DNA of 64,000 nt from Octopus sinensis (Eukaryota): assembly GCF_006345805.1 (NCBI RefSeq), contig NC_042999.1, positions 152,148,001 through 152,212,000 of the forward strand, written 5' to 3'. Below the pieces are notes generated by a model. That model made no database searches. It saw only the letters and a program-made list of their open reading frames with translations, and was not told the origin of the DNA. The translations under genes were made by a program, and so were the position numbers. Below, in pieces: positions 53,801 through 62,865 of this stretch (positions are counted from its first letter, which is position 1; each line of letters begins with the position of its first letter).

Positions 53801-56800
53801 TGTGCCACTAGCACAGGAGCTGGCATCGACCACGTTTGGATGTTGCTTTATATGTGCCACCGGCACATGAGCCAGTCAGGGTGGGATGTGGTGGGTGGGC
53901 TGGCATCGACAACATTTGGATTGGGCTTTTAGCATGACACCAGCACAGGGAGCCAGTCAGGAGGCACTGGCAATGACCCACGCATGCATGGTGCTTATTG
54001 CGTAACACCAGCACAGGAGCCAGTCATGCGGCACTGGCATCGGCCACAACTACAATTTCCATTTGATTGTGATTAGATTTGATTTGATTATGGAAGTTGG
54101 ATTCTAAATGAGGATGTTAACAATAATGAGATCCACTCACAAGGCTTTGCTTGACCTCGGGCTAAGTAGAAGACTTGCCCATTGTTGCTTTGTGGATCAC
54201 ACATAGTGAGAAACTCTGAGTAGCGATGGTATGAATAATCTACTTTGAACAAACGAATGCTCTCTACTACATGCGTTTTGTATTTTATTTTCCTTGTTTG
54301 TACATCCAGATGTGTGTGTCCTTTTCTTGGCATTACTTGATAGTTAGTGGTGAGTGTCACTGTCGCCGAAGCCAAAAGGAAATATTACCTTCCTTGAAAG
54401 CAGGTGAGACTTGACAAGCAGACAGGAAGGACATTCGGTTGGAAAATAGTTGCCTTAGCAAATTCCATCCGACTCATGCAAGCATAGAAAAGTGGATATT
54501 AAAACGATGCTGTATTTTCTTATATATAAATAAACCTCATCCCTAATTTAACACTAAATCTTGGTACCAAATTTTATTCTCTTCATATTCAAACCTGACA
54601 TCAACCTTTCCCCATGTCTAAGTCACAACCCAGGTTTTTTTTTTTTTCAGTTAAATTCAGGTGCAAAATAGTGCAACTTATATAAATAGATACGATATAC
54701 ACATAGTATGTCATTTTGTAACTATACTTTGAATGCACTGGTATTTACATGAAAGTGCAGTTGCGTACTTATAATTAAGCCATTATATATAAAATATAAA
54801 CAGTGAACATGTGTTAGTTCTGTTTGCTAAATTGATTAATATGACTTTAAGCAAGACAGATGGTTTAGTGATATGCTGTAACTGTGTAAGGTGTAAAAGT
54901 AGTTGATAGAATTTTAACCAAATGTCACTTGGAAGGGAAAGGCTGCGTGTAGAAAGAAAGAAAAAGAAAACAAGATTATAGTTTATTTTGTTGTGTCTGG
55001 GGAGAATCATTTTCTTTTTGTGCCTTAACACACTCACCTGTAAAATTTCCACTTATTGCTTATTTTTATTTTCCTAAAATTTTCAAAAACGAAATATAGT
55101 ATATTTTGTTTCTAGTATAAAAGTATATTTTGTCTTAGCTAGTGAAGACATCTGGCCTTGAGGTTAAGGTGTTGCAGCACTTGTGATGGTAAGATTATGG
55201 TTTCAATACCTGGACTAGGTGGTGCCTTGTGTTCACGAGCAAAACACTTCATTTCATAATTTTCCTGTTCATTCAACTGTAAATAACTTCCAGCAATAGG
55301 TGGGAAGTTAACCCTGAGATGCATTAGTGTCCTGTTCAGAGGGGAGTGTTGTGGTCTCAGTCATTTATGCCATGGAAACCTTGTGAGTTCTAGCACTCCT
55401 GATAGACCTAAGCTAAGCCTATGTATTAGTTTCCTGTAATTTCTCTAACATTGAAATCAGGGTTTGCTGGCGACTGTATCACTATATAATGTTTTCTTTT
55501 TATGTTCTTGTAAATAAACTTTAATTAACCTGAAATTATTCTGACATTCTGTGCTTACAAAATCAAAAAACAACATAGCACCCATGACTTTCAGAAACAT
55601 TTTTTCACACTCAGAATTGCTGAAGCATGGAACAAATTACCTGCATCAGTTGTTAGCTGTTGGAATGCTAAATCCTTCAAAACTTCTCTGCTTCCCAAAG
55701 TTTGCCAACAGTATACATGATGCCCTGCCACTTTTTTTTTTAATGGCTCATTCACTGTTCACTTCTTGGGCATTATTTCTTGTTTATGCATTTTTGGTTA
55801 CTTTCTCTGCTGAGGTGTGGTGCATCTGAGCACAGTATACAATAAGTTTCTTCTTCTTCTTCTTCTTCTTCTTCTTCTTCTTCTTCTTCTTCTTCTTCTT
55901 CTTCTTCTTCTTCTTCTTCTTCTTCTTCTTCTTCTTCTTCTTCTTCTTCTTCTTCTTCTTCTTCTTCTTCTTCTTCTTCTTCTTCTTCTTCTTCTTCTTC
56001 TTCTTCTTCTTTCTTCTTCTTCTTCTTCTTCTTCTTCTTCTTCTTCTCCTCCTCCTCCTCCTCCTCCTCCTCCTCCTCCTCCTCTTCCTCCTCTTCCTCT
56101 TCCTCTTCCTCCTCCTCCTCCTCCTCACCACCACCACAACCACCACAACCATCATTATTATTTTTTAATTAAAACTCTCAGCTTATTTTGCTGAGTATGA
56201 TGGAAAGTGTCTGCTCTCTGCAGCCAGCAGACTAAGGTGACACTTGTTTACTGATTATACTTCAAGAACCCTGCAGGGAACTCTTGTAGTTCCAAGCAGT
56301 GCTGATTTTCGTTGGTTATCCTATCTTCACATTTGCACCAATCTTTTGGAACCATATTTGTAGTGCTGATACTATTAACTATGCTGTTATTACTGGTACC
56401 ACATCTACTCTCCTCATTGCTTACAACCTACGTATTTCCCATGTCAAATTGTCATAAATGTTCAGTTTTTCTTCTTTCTCTTTGATCCTGTTGTCACTGG
56501 GACATGCGATGTCGATTATCATGCATGCTCTTTCTCTTTTCATTCACCACAACAGTGTCAGGTTTCCAATGTCTGATCTGATGGTCACACTGAATCATTT
56601 GCATCCTACAGGATTTTGTAATCTTCATTCTTGGTGACTCCTTCTGCAGTTTGTTCATTCCACATCTTTGCTCTTTGTAGGCTGTGATTTCCATAGAGTT
56701 CCCAATGAGTCATTCTTACCACATTGTTAGTCACCTTTTGTATTCATATTGTGCCAATCTCGGGCTGTTGCTAATGATGTGCCATACTGTTTCACCCCTC

Positions 56801-57914
56801 TCACCACACATTCTTAATTTGTCATTCTTGGTAGTGTTGTTGAATCTTCACTTCCCATAGTTCTTAACATTCTTGTGCTGTGCATATAAGTGCTTCTGTC
56901 TCTATCTTCAGGTCATTCCTCCTCGTCCATAGCCACTGGTCTCTTGTATTTGTCTTGGCATTTGTATCTCTTTCAAACTGACCATACATGTGTTTTTCCT
57001 TCCATGCTACATATTTATATATTTTTTTCTCCTCTAAGTTTTTCTTTCTTTACACAATTATCAATTTTTATGTTGTTATTATTTGCCTGGCACTTAGAAT
57101 GTCGTCAGGCACTCACAGCCCTCTATCAGTCAAGCAATGGGATTGGTGGATATTCTGCTTTAGAAATTAGGATTAGTGGTGGGGAAGTGTGATGACATTC
57201 TCAGGGAGACTCTGAGTGCCAATGAGAACAAACTGGCTAGTCTGTTCCCAGGGGACTTTCCAGGAACTATCATGGATAATTTCCAGTTGCTGTCACATGT
57301 GGGACAGATCTGTCTGTTGGCCAAGTTTGTAGTGATGATCGCATTGCTACTCTCCTTCAATTGGGCAGGCAAGGCAGTTTTCCTTTGTCTAGTAGCTGTG
57401 GTGAACAAGGCTGAACTGTATGAGGACAGATACATTCCTCTTTGGTAGAGCTCTCATTGACTTCAAGTTTCACTTGAAAAGGAAATTGAGAGTGGAGAGG
57501 GAAGTGCTTATATCGAGTGAGTTTATTGAAAGGTGGGTGAAAGTTGTGAAAATGGCAAGAGTGGATGGTACCTCTCTAAGTGTCGACCTGTGAGTCAGAG
57601 AGAATGGATTGGAGAGGGTACTTGCTCCTGGGGTTTCAAGGAAATATCAGATAGTGAGGTTCCTCGATTATTCCTAGAGGCCTTCCTGTATCAGGAGGAC
57701 CACATCTCTATCATCCTCCCCGCTGCTTTTCTTTTTTTTTTTAAACTTTTGTATGCTATTCATATGAACCTTCTTTTTCAGTCTATACTGTGTTTACTTT
57801 CTTTCTTTCTTTCACTTTTTTTTATCATTTCATTTATGTAAACCCCCCAACACTTTATGTCTGTCTATGTATTGTCCCCCTCATCCTTTACCCTTGTGGA
57901 GAATAAATGAAATT

Positions 57915-57946
<32 letters not shown>

Positions 57947-57951
57947 TATCA

Positions 57952-57999
<48 letters not shown>

Positions 58000-60508
58000 T
58001 AATATCTGTTTTATCTTTTCTTCTCTTTTCTGGTTTCGCTCATTGCTAGTAGTGGCAGACGGGCTTTGTTGTAAACTAACTCAGATCTGTGACAAACCTA
58101 GATCGTTGCTTTGGGCAATGGATCGGGGCAAACCAGATGAATTCATGACAACTAAAGACACATTACAACTAGTCAAAAAGATTGGAAGTGGGCAATTTGC
58201 TGAAGTTTACTATGGTAAGTTAATAAAATTATCTCCAACTAGAAACGATGTTTCTTGGGGCTAAATAACAGTAGCATTCTTCCCTTTCCTGGGACTGCTA
58301 CATTAAGTTGGCAACAAACCATCACTTTATCATGCTGCTACTGTATAAGTCTCTCTAAGAGATTTAGAAATGCAATATTTTTAATTATATTATTTTTCTT
58401 GTAAAAATTTGCAAAATTGTCGTTACTGGTTGTTATTGTTATTAGAAATGAGGTAAGGTAGAATTAAAAAAGAAAAGCTTTGCTAACCCATTAGAATTTG
58501 AACTGGCCATATCTGGTCCAAAATATTCTACCTTATTTTATGTTGAAACTGGCTTCTCACACCTACCCTACAATGTCATTCTAAAAATAAACAATCACAT
58601 CATCAAAATCTCAAAGCAACACCATAATAATGCATGATTAATTCAAAACAATGTGAATAAATAAGAATAAATACATTTGACAGAATGAAGGTGTGTAGCT
58701 CAGTGGTTAGGCTGTTGCATTCATGATTGCTAGATTGTGGGTTCAATTCTCTGATTGGGAAGTGTATTGTGTTCTTGCCAGAAATATTTCATATCGCATT
58801 GCTCTAGTCCCTCTTTTGATCAGGGTGGAATGTTGACCTGCTCACCTAGCCAACAGGGTGGCATCGTTTGAAGGCTAAAACAATGCAGAATCGCATTGTG
58901 ACCAGTGATGTGTAATAACATCTGATAGCTTGGTCAGTGATGTGATCATATTTGACAGAGTAATCTGATGCTGAAAAGGTTAATGTCATGTCTCCTTCCA
59001 TGTATGTGACTATATATATATATATGGCCGTCCGCCAGCCTCATCTGGCACCTGTGTCGGTGGCACATAAAAACACCATCCGAGCGTGGCCGTCTGCCAG
59101 CCTCGTCTGGCACCTGTGTTGGTGGCACGTAAAAACACCATCCGAGCGTGGCCGTTCGCCAGCCTCGTCTGGCACCTGTGTCGGTGGCACATAAAATCAC
59201 CCACTACACTCTCGGAGTGGTTGGCGTTAGGAAGGGCATCCAGCTGTAGAAACACTGCCAGATCTGACTGGCCTGGTGCAGCCTTCGGGCTCCCCAGACC
59301 CCAGTTGAACCGTCCAACCCATGCTAGCATGGAAAACGGACGCTAAATGATGATGATATACACACATAAAATTTAAATAATGAGGGTGATAAATTTAATA
59401 TTAATTTTATTAACATCAATTTAAAACCAGTAGCCTAGCATGTAGAAAAATCTGAAAATTGTGAACATTTATATGTATTCTGTATGTATTACAAATTATA
59501 TATATATATATATAATATATATATATATATCCTAACAGTTTTTCAAGCCAATCAGATGGAGGAATGGATAAACACCATGTGTGTGTGTGTAGTTGTAATG
59601 CCAATAATGCTAAAATTGATATTAAATGTGACTAGGCCAGCAAAATAATCGAACAGGAAAGGTAAAGTGTAACGATGATCATTAAGAAAATTCAATGCAA
59701 CCACAACATATGTGATTCAAAGTACACTTAACTGTTTTGTGACCATATCTCTAATGGAATACGCTGTTTTAATTCATTTGGCGGTGTTAACTGACTTATC
59801 CATTATTAAGTTGGTGTTAGAATGTAGCTTAACATAAAATGATGAGGGAATATTTAGACAACTTGAAAACAGTAATTAACAGCAAGTTGTGACAGTTTCT
59901 GTGCAATCAACTATTAAATTACTTCGCAGAATCATATATTGGTATTTGTAATTCTGTGTTTGATTTTTAAATTATTCTCTGTGATTTTTGAGTTATATTT
60001 ACATAAACCACCTTAATAGCTCAGAATGTAACAGATGTTTATACAAGTATGCACTGAGCACTATATTGATTTCAACATGTCAATCACATTTTCTTCTACA
60101 TCTGTTGCAGGTGAGCATCTGGCTTGTAGGCAACTGAAGCTAAAGACTTAATACTTCTTAACCATTTAGCATTCGACCCTTTGGATACCAACCCATTCAA
60201 AGAGGCCCTGGTATCTCTGATACAAACTTCATGTTTTAAAGGGATTTACATTAAAACCTGTCATCAAAATTCCGTGTTAATTTATGTTTCAAATACTGGC
60301 TTGATTTAGACAAAGTTATGTTAGTAAATTAAAAATTTTTTTCACAATTAGGCGCAGGAGTGGTTCTGTGGTAAGTAGCTTGCTTACCAACCACATGGTT
60401 CCAGGTTCAGTCCCACTGCATGGCACCTTGGGCAAGTGCCTTCTACTATAGCCTCGGGCCGACCCAAGCCTTGTGAGTGGATTTGGTAGACGGAAACTGA
60501 AAGAAGCT

Positions 60509-60567
<59 letters not shown>

Positions 60568-61945
60568 TGTGTGTCTGTGTTTGTCCCCCCAACTTCGCTT
60601 GACAACTGATGATGGTATGTTTACGTCCCCATCACTTAGCAGTTTGGCAAGAGAGACCGATAGAATAAGTACTAGGCTTACAAAGAATAAGTCCTGGGGT
60701 CGATTTGCTCGACTAAAGGCAGTGCTCCAGCATGGCCGCAGTCAAATGACTGAAACAAATAAAAAGAAAGAAAGAATTGATTGAAACAAGGGCAGCATAT
60801 TTCAATAGCGATACGGTAACAAAAGGATTAAGCAAGCCATATCCAACTCAAATATTCTACCTGTTTTATATTCAAACCAACCAGATCCTGCCCCTCACAC
60901 CTACCCTGCAATGTTATTCTAAAAATTAGACAATCACATCATCGAGCTCTTGAAGATATGAGATAATGCATGATTGATTCAAAACAATCATCATCATTTA
61001 ACACTTGTTTTCCATGCTGACATGGATTGGATGGTTTGGTAGAAACTGGTAAACTAGTGAGCTTCACCAGGCTCCAATTGTCTGTTTTGACATAGTTTCT
61101 ATAGCTGACTACCAACCATTTTACAAAGTGTACTGGGTGCTTTTTTTATGTGGCACCAGCACCAGCAGAGTTGCCAAGTAATTTGCAATACAATGACTTC
61201 TTACTCGAGAGGAGTCAAACTGAGGGAAGTGGCTGTGTACCAGTTGAATAAATAAACATTACAAATGACAGAGTAATTGGAATGCTAAATGGTTATGTAA
61301 AAAGTTCAATTCCCTTATCATTTTATATGCTAAGAAGAAATATATCATACAATAAGGGTGGCAAGCTGGCAGAATCGTTAGCATGCCGGCAAAATACTTG
61401 GTGGTATTTCGTCTGTCTTTACGTTGTGAGTTCAAATTCCGCCAAGGTCGACTTTGCCTTTCATCCTTTCGGGGTCGATAAATTAAGTACCAGTTATGCA
61501 CTGGGGTCGATGTAATCGACTTAATCCCTTTGTCTGTCCTTGTTTGTCCCCTCTATGTTTAGCCCCTTGTGGGCAATAAAGAAATAAGAAGAAATATATC
61601 ATAATTATTCTCTCACTATCAATGTCTAATTAGTATTTAATGTAATTAATATTCATGTAAAAAATTTTTGTTAATATTTTTGTTGCAGCAAAATGGAATA
61701 ACCAAGTTGAAGCCGCAGTGAAAATGCAGAAAAAAGACTGTGTGACGACTGCTGCATTTTTAGATGAAGCTCAAATTTTAAAAAGCATACAACATAACAA
61801 CATCGTCAAGCTACTGGCAGTTTGTAGTGATGAACCTGTCTATTTAGTAACTGAGTATATGGTAAACGGACGTCTTTCACAATACCTTCGTGAAGGGAAA
61901 GGAAAGCAGCTAGGTTTGACTAGCTTACTTTGGATATCAGCACAG
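8961..61945 (+). CDS. Spliced CDS, 3'-partial: RING finger-SH2-Src-family tyrosine kinase; join(8961..9394,38656..38759,46654..46818,58050..58214,61689..61945), 1125 nt = 375 codons
   Basis: All five exons have AG/GT boundaries, intron phases 2,1,1,1,0 are compatible, and the joined frame is open. SH2/kinase exon sizes 104, 165, 165 and 257 nt match human SRC exons 104, 150, 156 and 180+77 in phase and position. The exon 1 to exon 2 link is inferred from phase only. Confidence 0.8.
9506..9747. mobile_element. Palindromic (head-to-head) Penelope-type tail element with hammerhead-like motifs
   Basis: Inverted arms 9537-9633 and 9650-9747 with a 16-nt loop; direct repeat tagcacaagagta at 9493-9505 and 9746-9758; each arm has ACAC-CTGAAGA...GAA[A/T]...GT. 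Confidence 0.55.
10800..13646 (+). mobile_element. 5'-truncated RTE-clade LINE (ORF2 C-terminus, frameshifted) with an amplified 3' UTR and (ATG)n tail, inserted in the TA tract of a SINE
   Basis: [12 protein letters not shown]...ETWAVT...RLRWYGHV...[16 protein letters not shown]...EKTRQE* (stop 11380-11382) across frameshifts; SINE halves at 10670-10799 and about 13647-13870. Confidence 0.85.
11367..13356 (+). repeat. Head-to-tail array of six 311-341 bp units derived from the RTE 3' end
   Basis: Units start gacccggcaaga at 11367, 11698, 12039, 12372, 12706 and 13017; 62-bp subrepeats follow at 13357 and 13419. Confidence 0.92.
16511..16830 (+). mobile_element. tRNA-derived SINE family C (tgtgttcttgagcaagacacttt core)
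   Basis: A box ggctcagtggttagagc and a B-box-like segment; related copies at 27203-27528 (-), 39935-40510 (+, split by SINE-A with TSD taaacaatct) and 58685-58949. Confidence 0.65.
16841..16908. repeat. (TTA)n microsatellite
   Basis: Read directly. Confidence 0.95.
17174..17656. mobile_element. Two adjacent MITE family 1 copies (17174-17404, 17433-17656)
   Basis: The same 230-bp body twice, each with degenerate ttaaccct...agggttaa ends. Confidence 0.7.
19210..19748. mobile_element. Second hAT-type MITE copy, interrupted by a minus-strand RTE 3' tail (about 19287-19575)
   Basis: TIRs cagggtttctcaacc / gctgagaaccactg; internal homology to 6850-7576; degenerate 8-bp flanks atttacag / gtttacat. 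Confidence 0.6.
22753..22977 (-). mobile_element. tRNA-derived SINE family A, full length, 16-bp TSD
   Basis: A/B-box-like head (ttctgagttcaaattcc) and core gactttacctttcatcccttcggggtcgataaataaagtaccag; TSD ctcgtattataatata at 22737-22752 and 22978-22993. Confidence 0.8.
24058..24475. repeat. Recent tandem duplication of an about 190-220 bp CA/TA-rich unit
   Basis: Near-identical blocks atattaaca...catccactctcctatatataag...ccacacatccaaccatatctgtg occur twice. Confidence 0.85.
26139..26892 (+). mobile_element. tRNA-derived SINE family B with an expanded internal (TA)n tract
   Basis: ggcgcaggagtggctgtgtggtaag head, gggcaag/ggatttggtagacggaaactgaaagaagcc core, tail cagtcaaatgactgaaacaagtaaaagag; about 430-bp TA-rich insert. 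Confidence 0.8.
26957..27170 (-). mobile_element. SINE family A, 16-bp TSD
   Basis: TSD atttgcataaaatatt at 26941-26956 and 27171-27186. Confidence 0.8.
29214..29848 (+). repeat. Two tandem about 300-bp retroposon 3' ends with (AAT)n tails
   Basis: Both start aaacatgggtgtttc and end gcactgctctctca[c/t]tcaataataa; the boundary motif occurs three times. Confidence 0.75.
30365..30535 (+). mobile_element. Short R4/Dong-like ORF remnant
   Basis: [35 protein letters not shown] matches the same segment as the minus-strand remnant near 56900-57000. Confidence 0.55.
30830..31850 (+). mobile_element. 5'-truncated RTE-clade LINE copy with 3' UTR
   Basis: Same YLGDQ...[13 protein letters not shown]...[18 protein letters not shown]...EKTRQIK* (stop 31428-31430) and a (GAT)n tail. 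Confidence 0.85.
32005..32880 (+). mobile_element. Shorter RTE-clade LINE remnant with 3' UTR tail
   Basis: LREKLDL...[23 protein letters not shown] homology followed by the common tail ending (gat)n. Confidence 0.75.
38656..38759 (+). CDS. Coding exon 2: N-terminal part of SH2 ([34 protein letters not shown])
   Basis: WYFG and FLIR SH2 signatures; acceptor tttttatttgcag, donor ccag/gtaact; 104 nt, the same size and phases (2 in, 1 out) as the SRC exon. Confidence 0.93.
41671..42055 (-). mobile_element. Dimeric SINE family A insertion inside a MITE-2
   Basis: Two tandem units flanked by a single 15-bp TSD ctaccctgcaatatt (41656-41670, 42056-42070). Confidence 0.75.
46654..46818 (+). CDS. 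Coding exon 3: C-terminal part of SH2 ([23 protein letters not shown]...[20 protein letters not shown])
   Basis: Aligns to Src/Fyn [22 protein letters not shown]...YITSRTQF; long T tract + tag acceptor, donor tcag/gtaaac; phase 1-1. Confidence 0.93.
49330..49387. repeat. Perfect 28-bp inverted repeat with a 2-nt spacer
   Basis: aacttccaaatatcatgaaatatctacc-ct-ggtagatatttcatgatatttggaagtt. Confidence 0.95.
50390..50810. repeat. Compound (TA)n/(CA)n microsatellite; similar tracts at 6185-6330, 21070-21255 and 26273-26700
   Basis: Read directly; it produces the YIYI ORFs. Confidence 0.95.
52138..52354. mobile_element. MITE family 1 copy
   Basis: ttaacccc...aaaagggtta ends and the shared body gagatgctctgtgtttctttcaatt...acatttgtac. 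Confidence 0.65.
52480..52710 (+). mobile_element. Degenerate CR1/Jockey-group LINE C-terminal fragment
   Basis: Frameshifted ...LSLWNLP / [17 protein letters not shown]. Confidence 0.4.
55560..55715 (+). mobile_element. CR1/L2-group LINE ORF2 C-terminal fragment
   Basis: [34 protein letters not shown] matches the FFxxRxxxxWNxLP..VV..FK terminus. Confidence 0.6.
55848..56126. repeat. (TTC)n of about 66 units grading into (CCT)n; about 280 nt of uninterrupted pyrimidines
   Basis: Read directly. Confidence 0.97.
56250..57100 (-). mobile_element. Degenerate R4/Dong-like (restriction-like endonuclease) non-LTR element, 3' part
   Basis: Minus-strand remnants [10 protein letters not shown]...WLW...[28 protein letters not shown]...LAQYEYKR, a KPD motif and a terminal KSALLGTT-like segment. 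Confidence 0.65.
57170..57905 (+). mobile_element. Degenerate L1/Tx1-like LINE 3' end
   Basis: Frameshifted QLLSHVGQ...[11 protein letters not shown] / [25 protein letters not shown] (stop 57591-57593), then a 3' UTR with AATAAA; clade assigned from memory. Confidence 0.45.
57913..57999. repeat. (ATC)n(ATT)n microsatellite about 50 nt upstream of the exon 4 acceptor
   Basis: Read directly. Confidence 0.95.
58050..58214 (+). CDS. Coding exon 4: SH2-kinase linker and P-loop ([13 protein letters not shown]...[15 protein letters not shown])
   Basis: ADGLC motif and GxGxF loop; pyrimidine tract + tagtag acceptor, donor tatg/gtaagt; phase 1-1. Confidence 0.92.
58483..58983. mobile_element. MITE family 2 (ttaaccc-tttagcatt type) with a nested tRNA-SINE at 58685-58949
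   Basis: Shared body (ctcacacctaccctacaatgtcattctaaaaata) also at about 25630-25740, 41610-42130 and 60830-61296; the nested SINE is flanked by 10-bp TSD atttgacaga (58675-58684, 58950-58959). Confidence 0.65.
59026..59356 (+). mobile_element. RTE 3' tail, young subfamily
   Basis: Three 62-bp subrepeats plus a terminal 160 bp nearly identical to 13460-13620. Confidence 0.8.
60351..60775 (+). mobile_element. SINE family B, near full length; further copies near 2350, 17860, 25050, 34400, 35750, 43770 and 47080
   Basis: Same head, core and tail with a central (TA)n. Confidence 0.82.
61350..61584 (+). mobile_element. SINE family A, 19-bp TSD, about 100 bp upstream of exon 5
   Basis: TSD taagaagaaatatatcata at 61331-61349 and 61585-61603; near-consensus body. 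Confidence 0.82.
61689..61945 (+). CDS. Coding exon 5: kinase N-lobe to alphaE ([15 protein letters not shown]...FLDEAQILK...[10 protein letters not shown]...LLWISAQ)
   Basis: Catalytic Lys (AAVK), alphaC Glu (FLDEAQ) and Thr gatekeeper (VTEY); acceptor ttgcag, donor cag/gtaaga; 257 nt = SRC 180+77. Confidence 0.93.
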
Positions 61946-62599
61946 GTAAGATAAAACATAAACATTTCATTGGTGGCATGGGTTTCTAAAAAACAATGAG
62001 TTCCTTTCAGTTTTACATGGCATGTAAAAAGTGCCATCCGAGAGTGGTCGATGCCAGTGCCACATGACTGGCTCCTGTACTGGTGACACGTAAAAAGCAC
62101 CATTTGACCATGGACGATACCAGTGCTGCCTGACTAGCTCTTGTGCTATTGGCATGTAAAAAGCATTATTTGAGCGTGGCTGATGCCAGTGCCGCCTGAC
62201 TGGCTCTTGTGCTGGTGGCATGTAAAAAGCATCATTCAAGTGTGGTCGCTGCTAGTACCGCCTGACTGGCCCCCATGCCAGTAGTACGTAAAAACACCCA
62301 CTACACTCTTGGAGCAGTTGGCATTAGAAAGGGCAGGGCATCAAGCTGTAGAAACCTTGCCAGAACAGATTGGAGCCTGCTGCAGCCTCCTGGCTTGCCA
62401 GTATTCAGTCAAACTGTCCAACCCATGCCAGCATGGAAAGCAGAAATTAAACGATGATGATGTAGTAAAGTCCCTTTATTTGTTAATTTTATTTAACCCA
62501 CCTAACATCATCCTTCTTTTGTCTTCTCCTTTCTGCTGTTCCATCATTACTATTCTGCTGCTCAGCACTGTCAGCCATGCCTCTCACTACTGATGGTGT

Positions 62600-62865
62600 G
62601 GAGAGCACAAGTTAAGCAGGCAGGCCACCATCTTTGAATGCCCGACACATGATTCTCCAAGAGACTATTTTACAGCAAATTGTCAGGAGGCAAGCACTGA
62701 CAAGGTGGACAGAAAAAATGTTATAAGGGCACAAAGAAAATGTGAACTACATAAGTCCGGAGCCAACTCCTTACCTTCAATTCTAACAGACCCCCAGTGC
62801 CTGACTTGTGGCAGAGCCTTCTGAGCATGCATCAGACCGAATGGCTACAGCCAGACAGAACATGC
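62600..62865 (+). mobile_element. Degenerate 3' end of a second (BovB-like) RTE LINE family
   Basis: Decayed translation MPDT*FSKRLFYSKLSGGK...GGQKK(R)YK and the C-terminal zinc finger CLTCGRAF(R)A(R)I. Confidence 0.6.

Noticed and set aside
54640-54666. tttttcag-ttaaattcag/gtgcaa microexon or ratchet site
   Set aside because: 10 nt breaks the frame and the donor is weak.
55784-56194. Poly-K/R and poly-L/S/P ORFs
   Set aside because: Translation of the (TTC)n(CCT)n tract.
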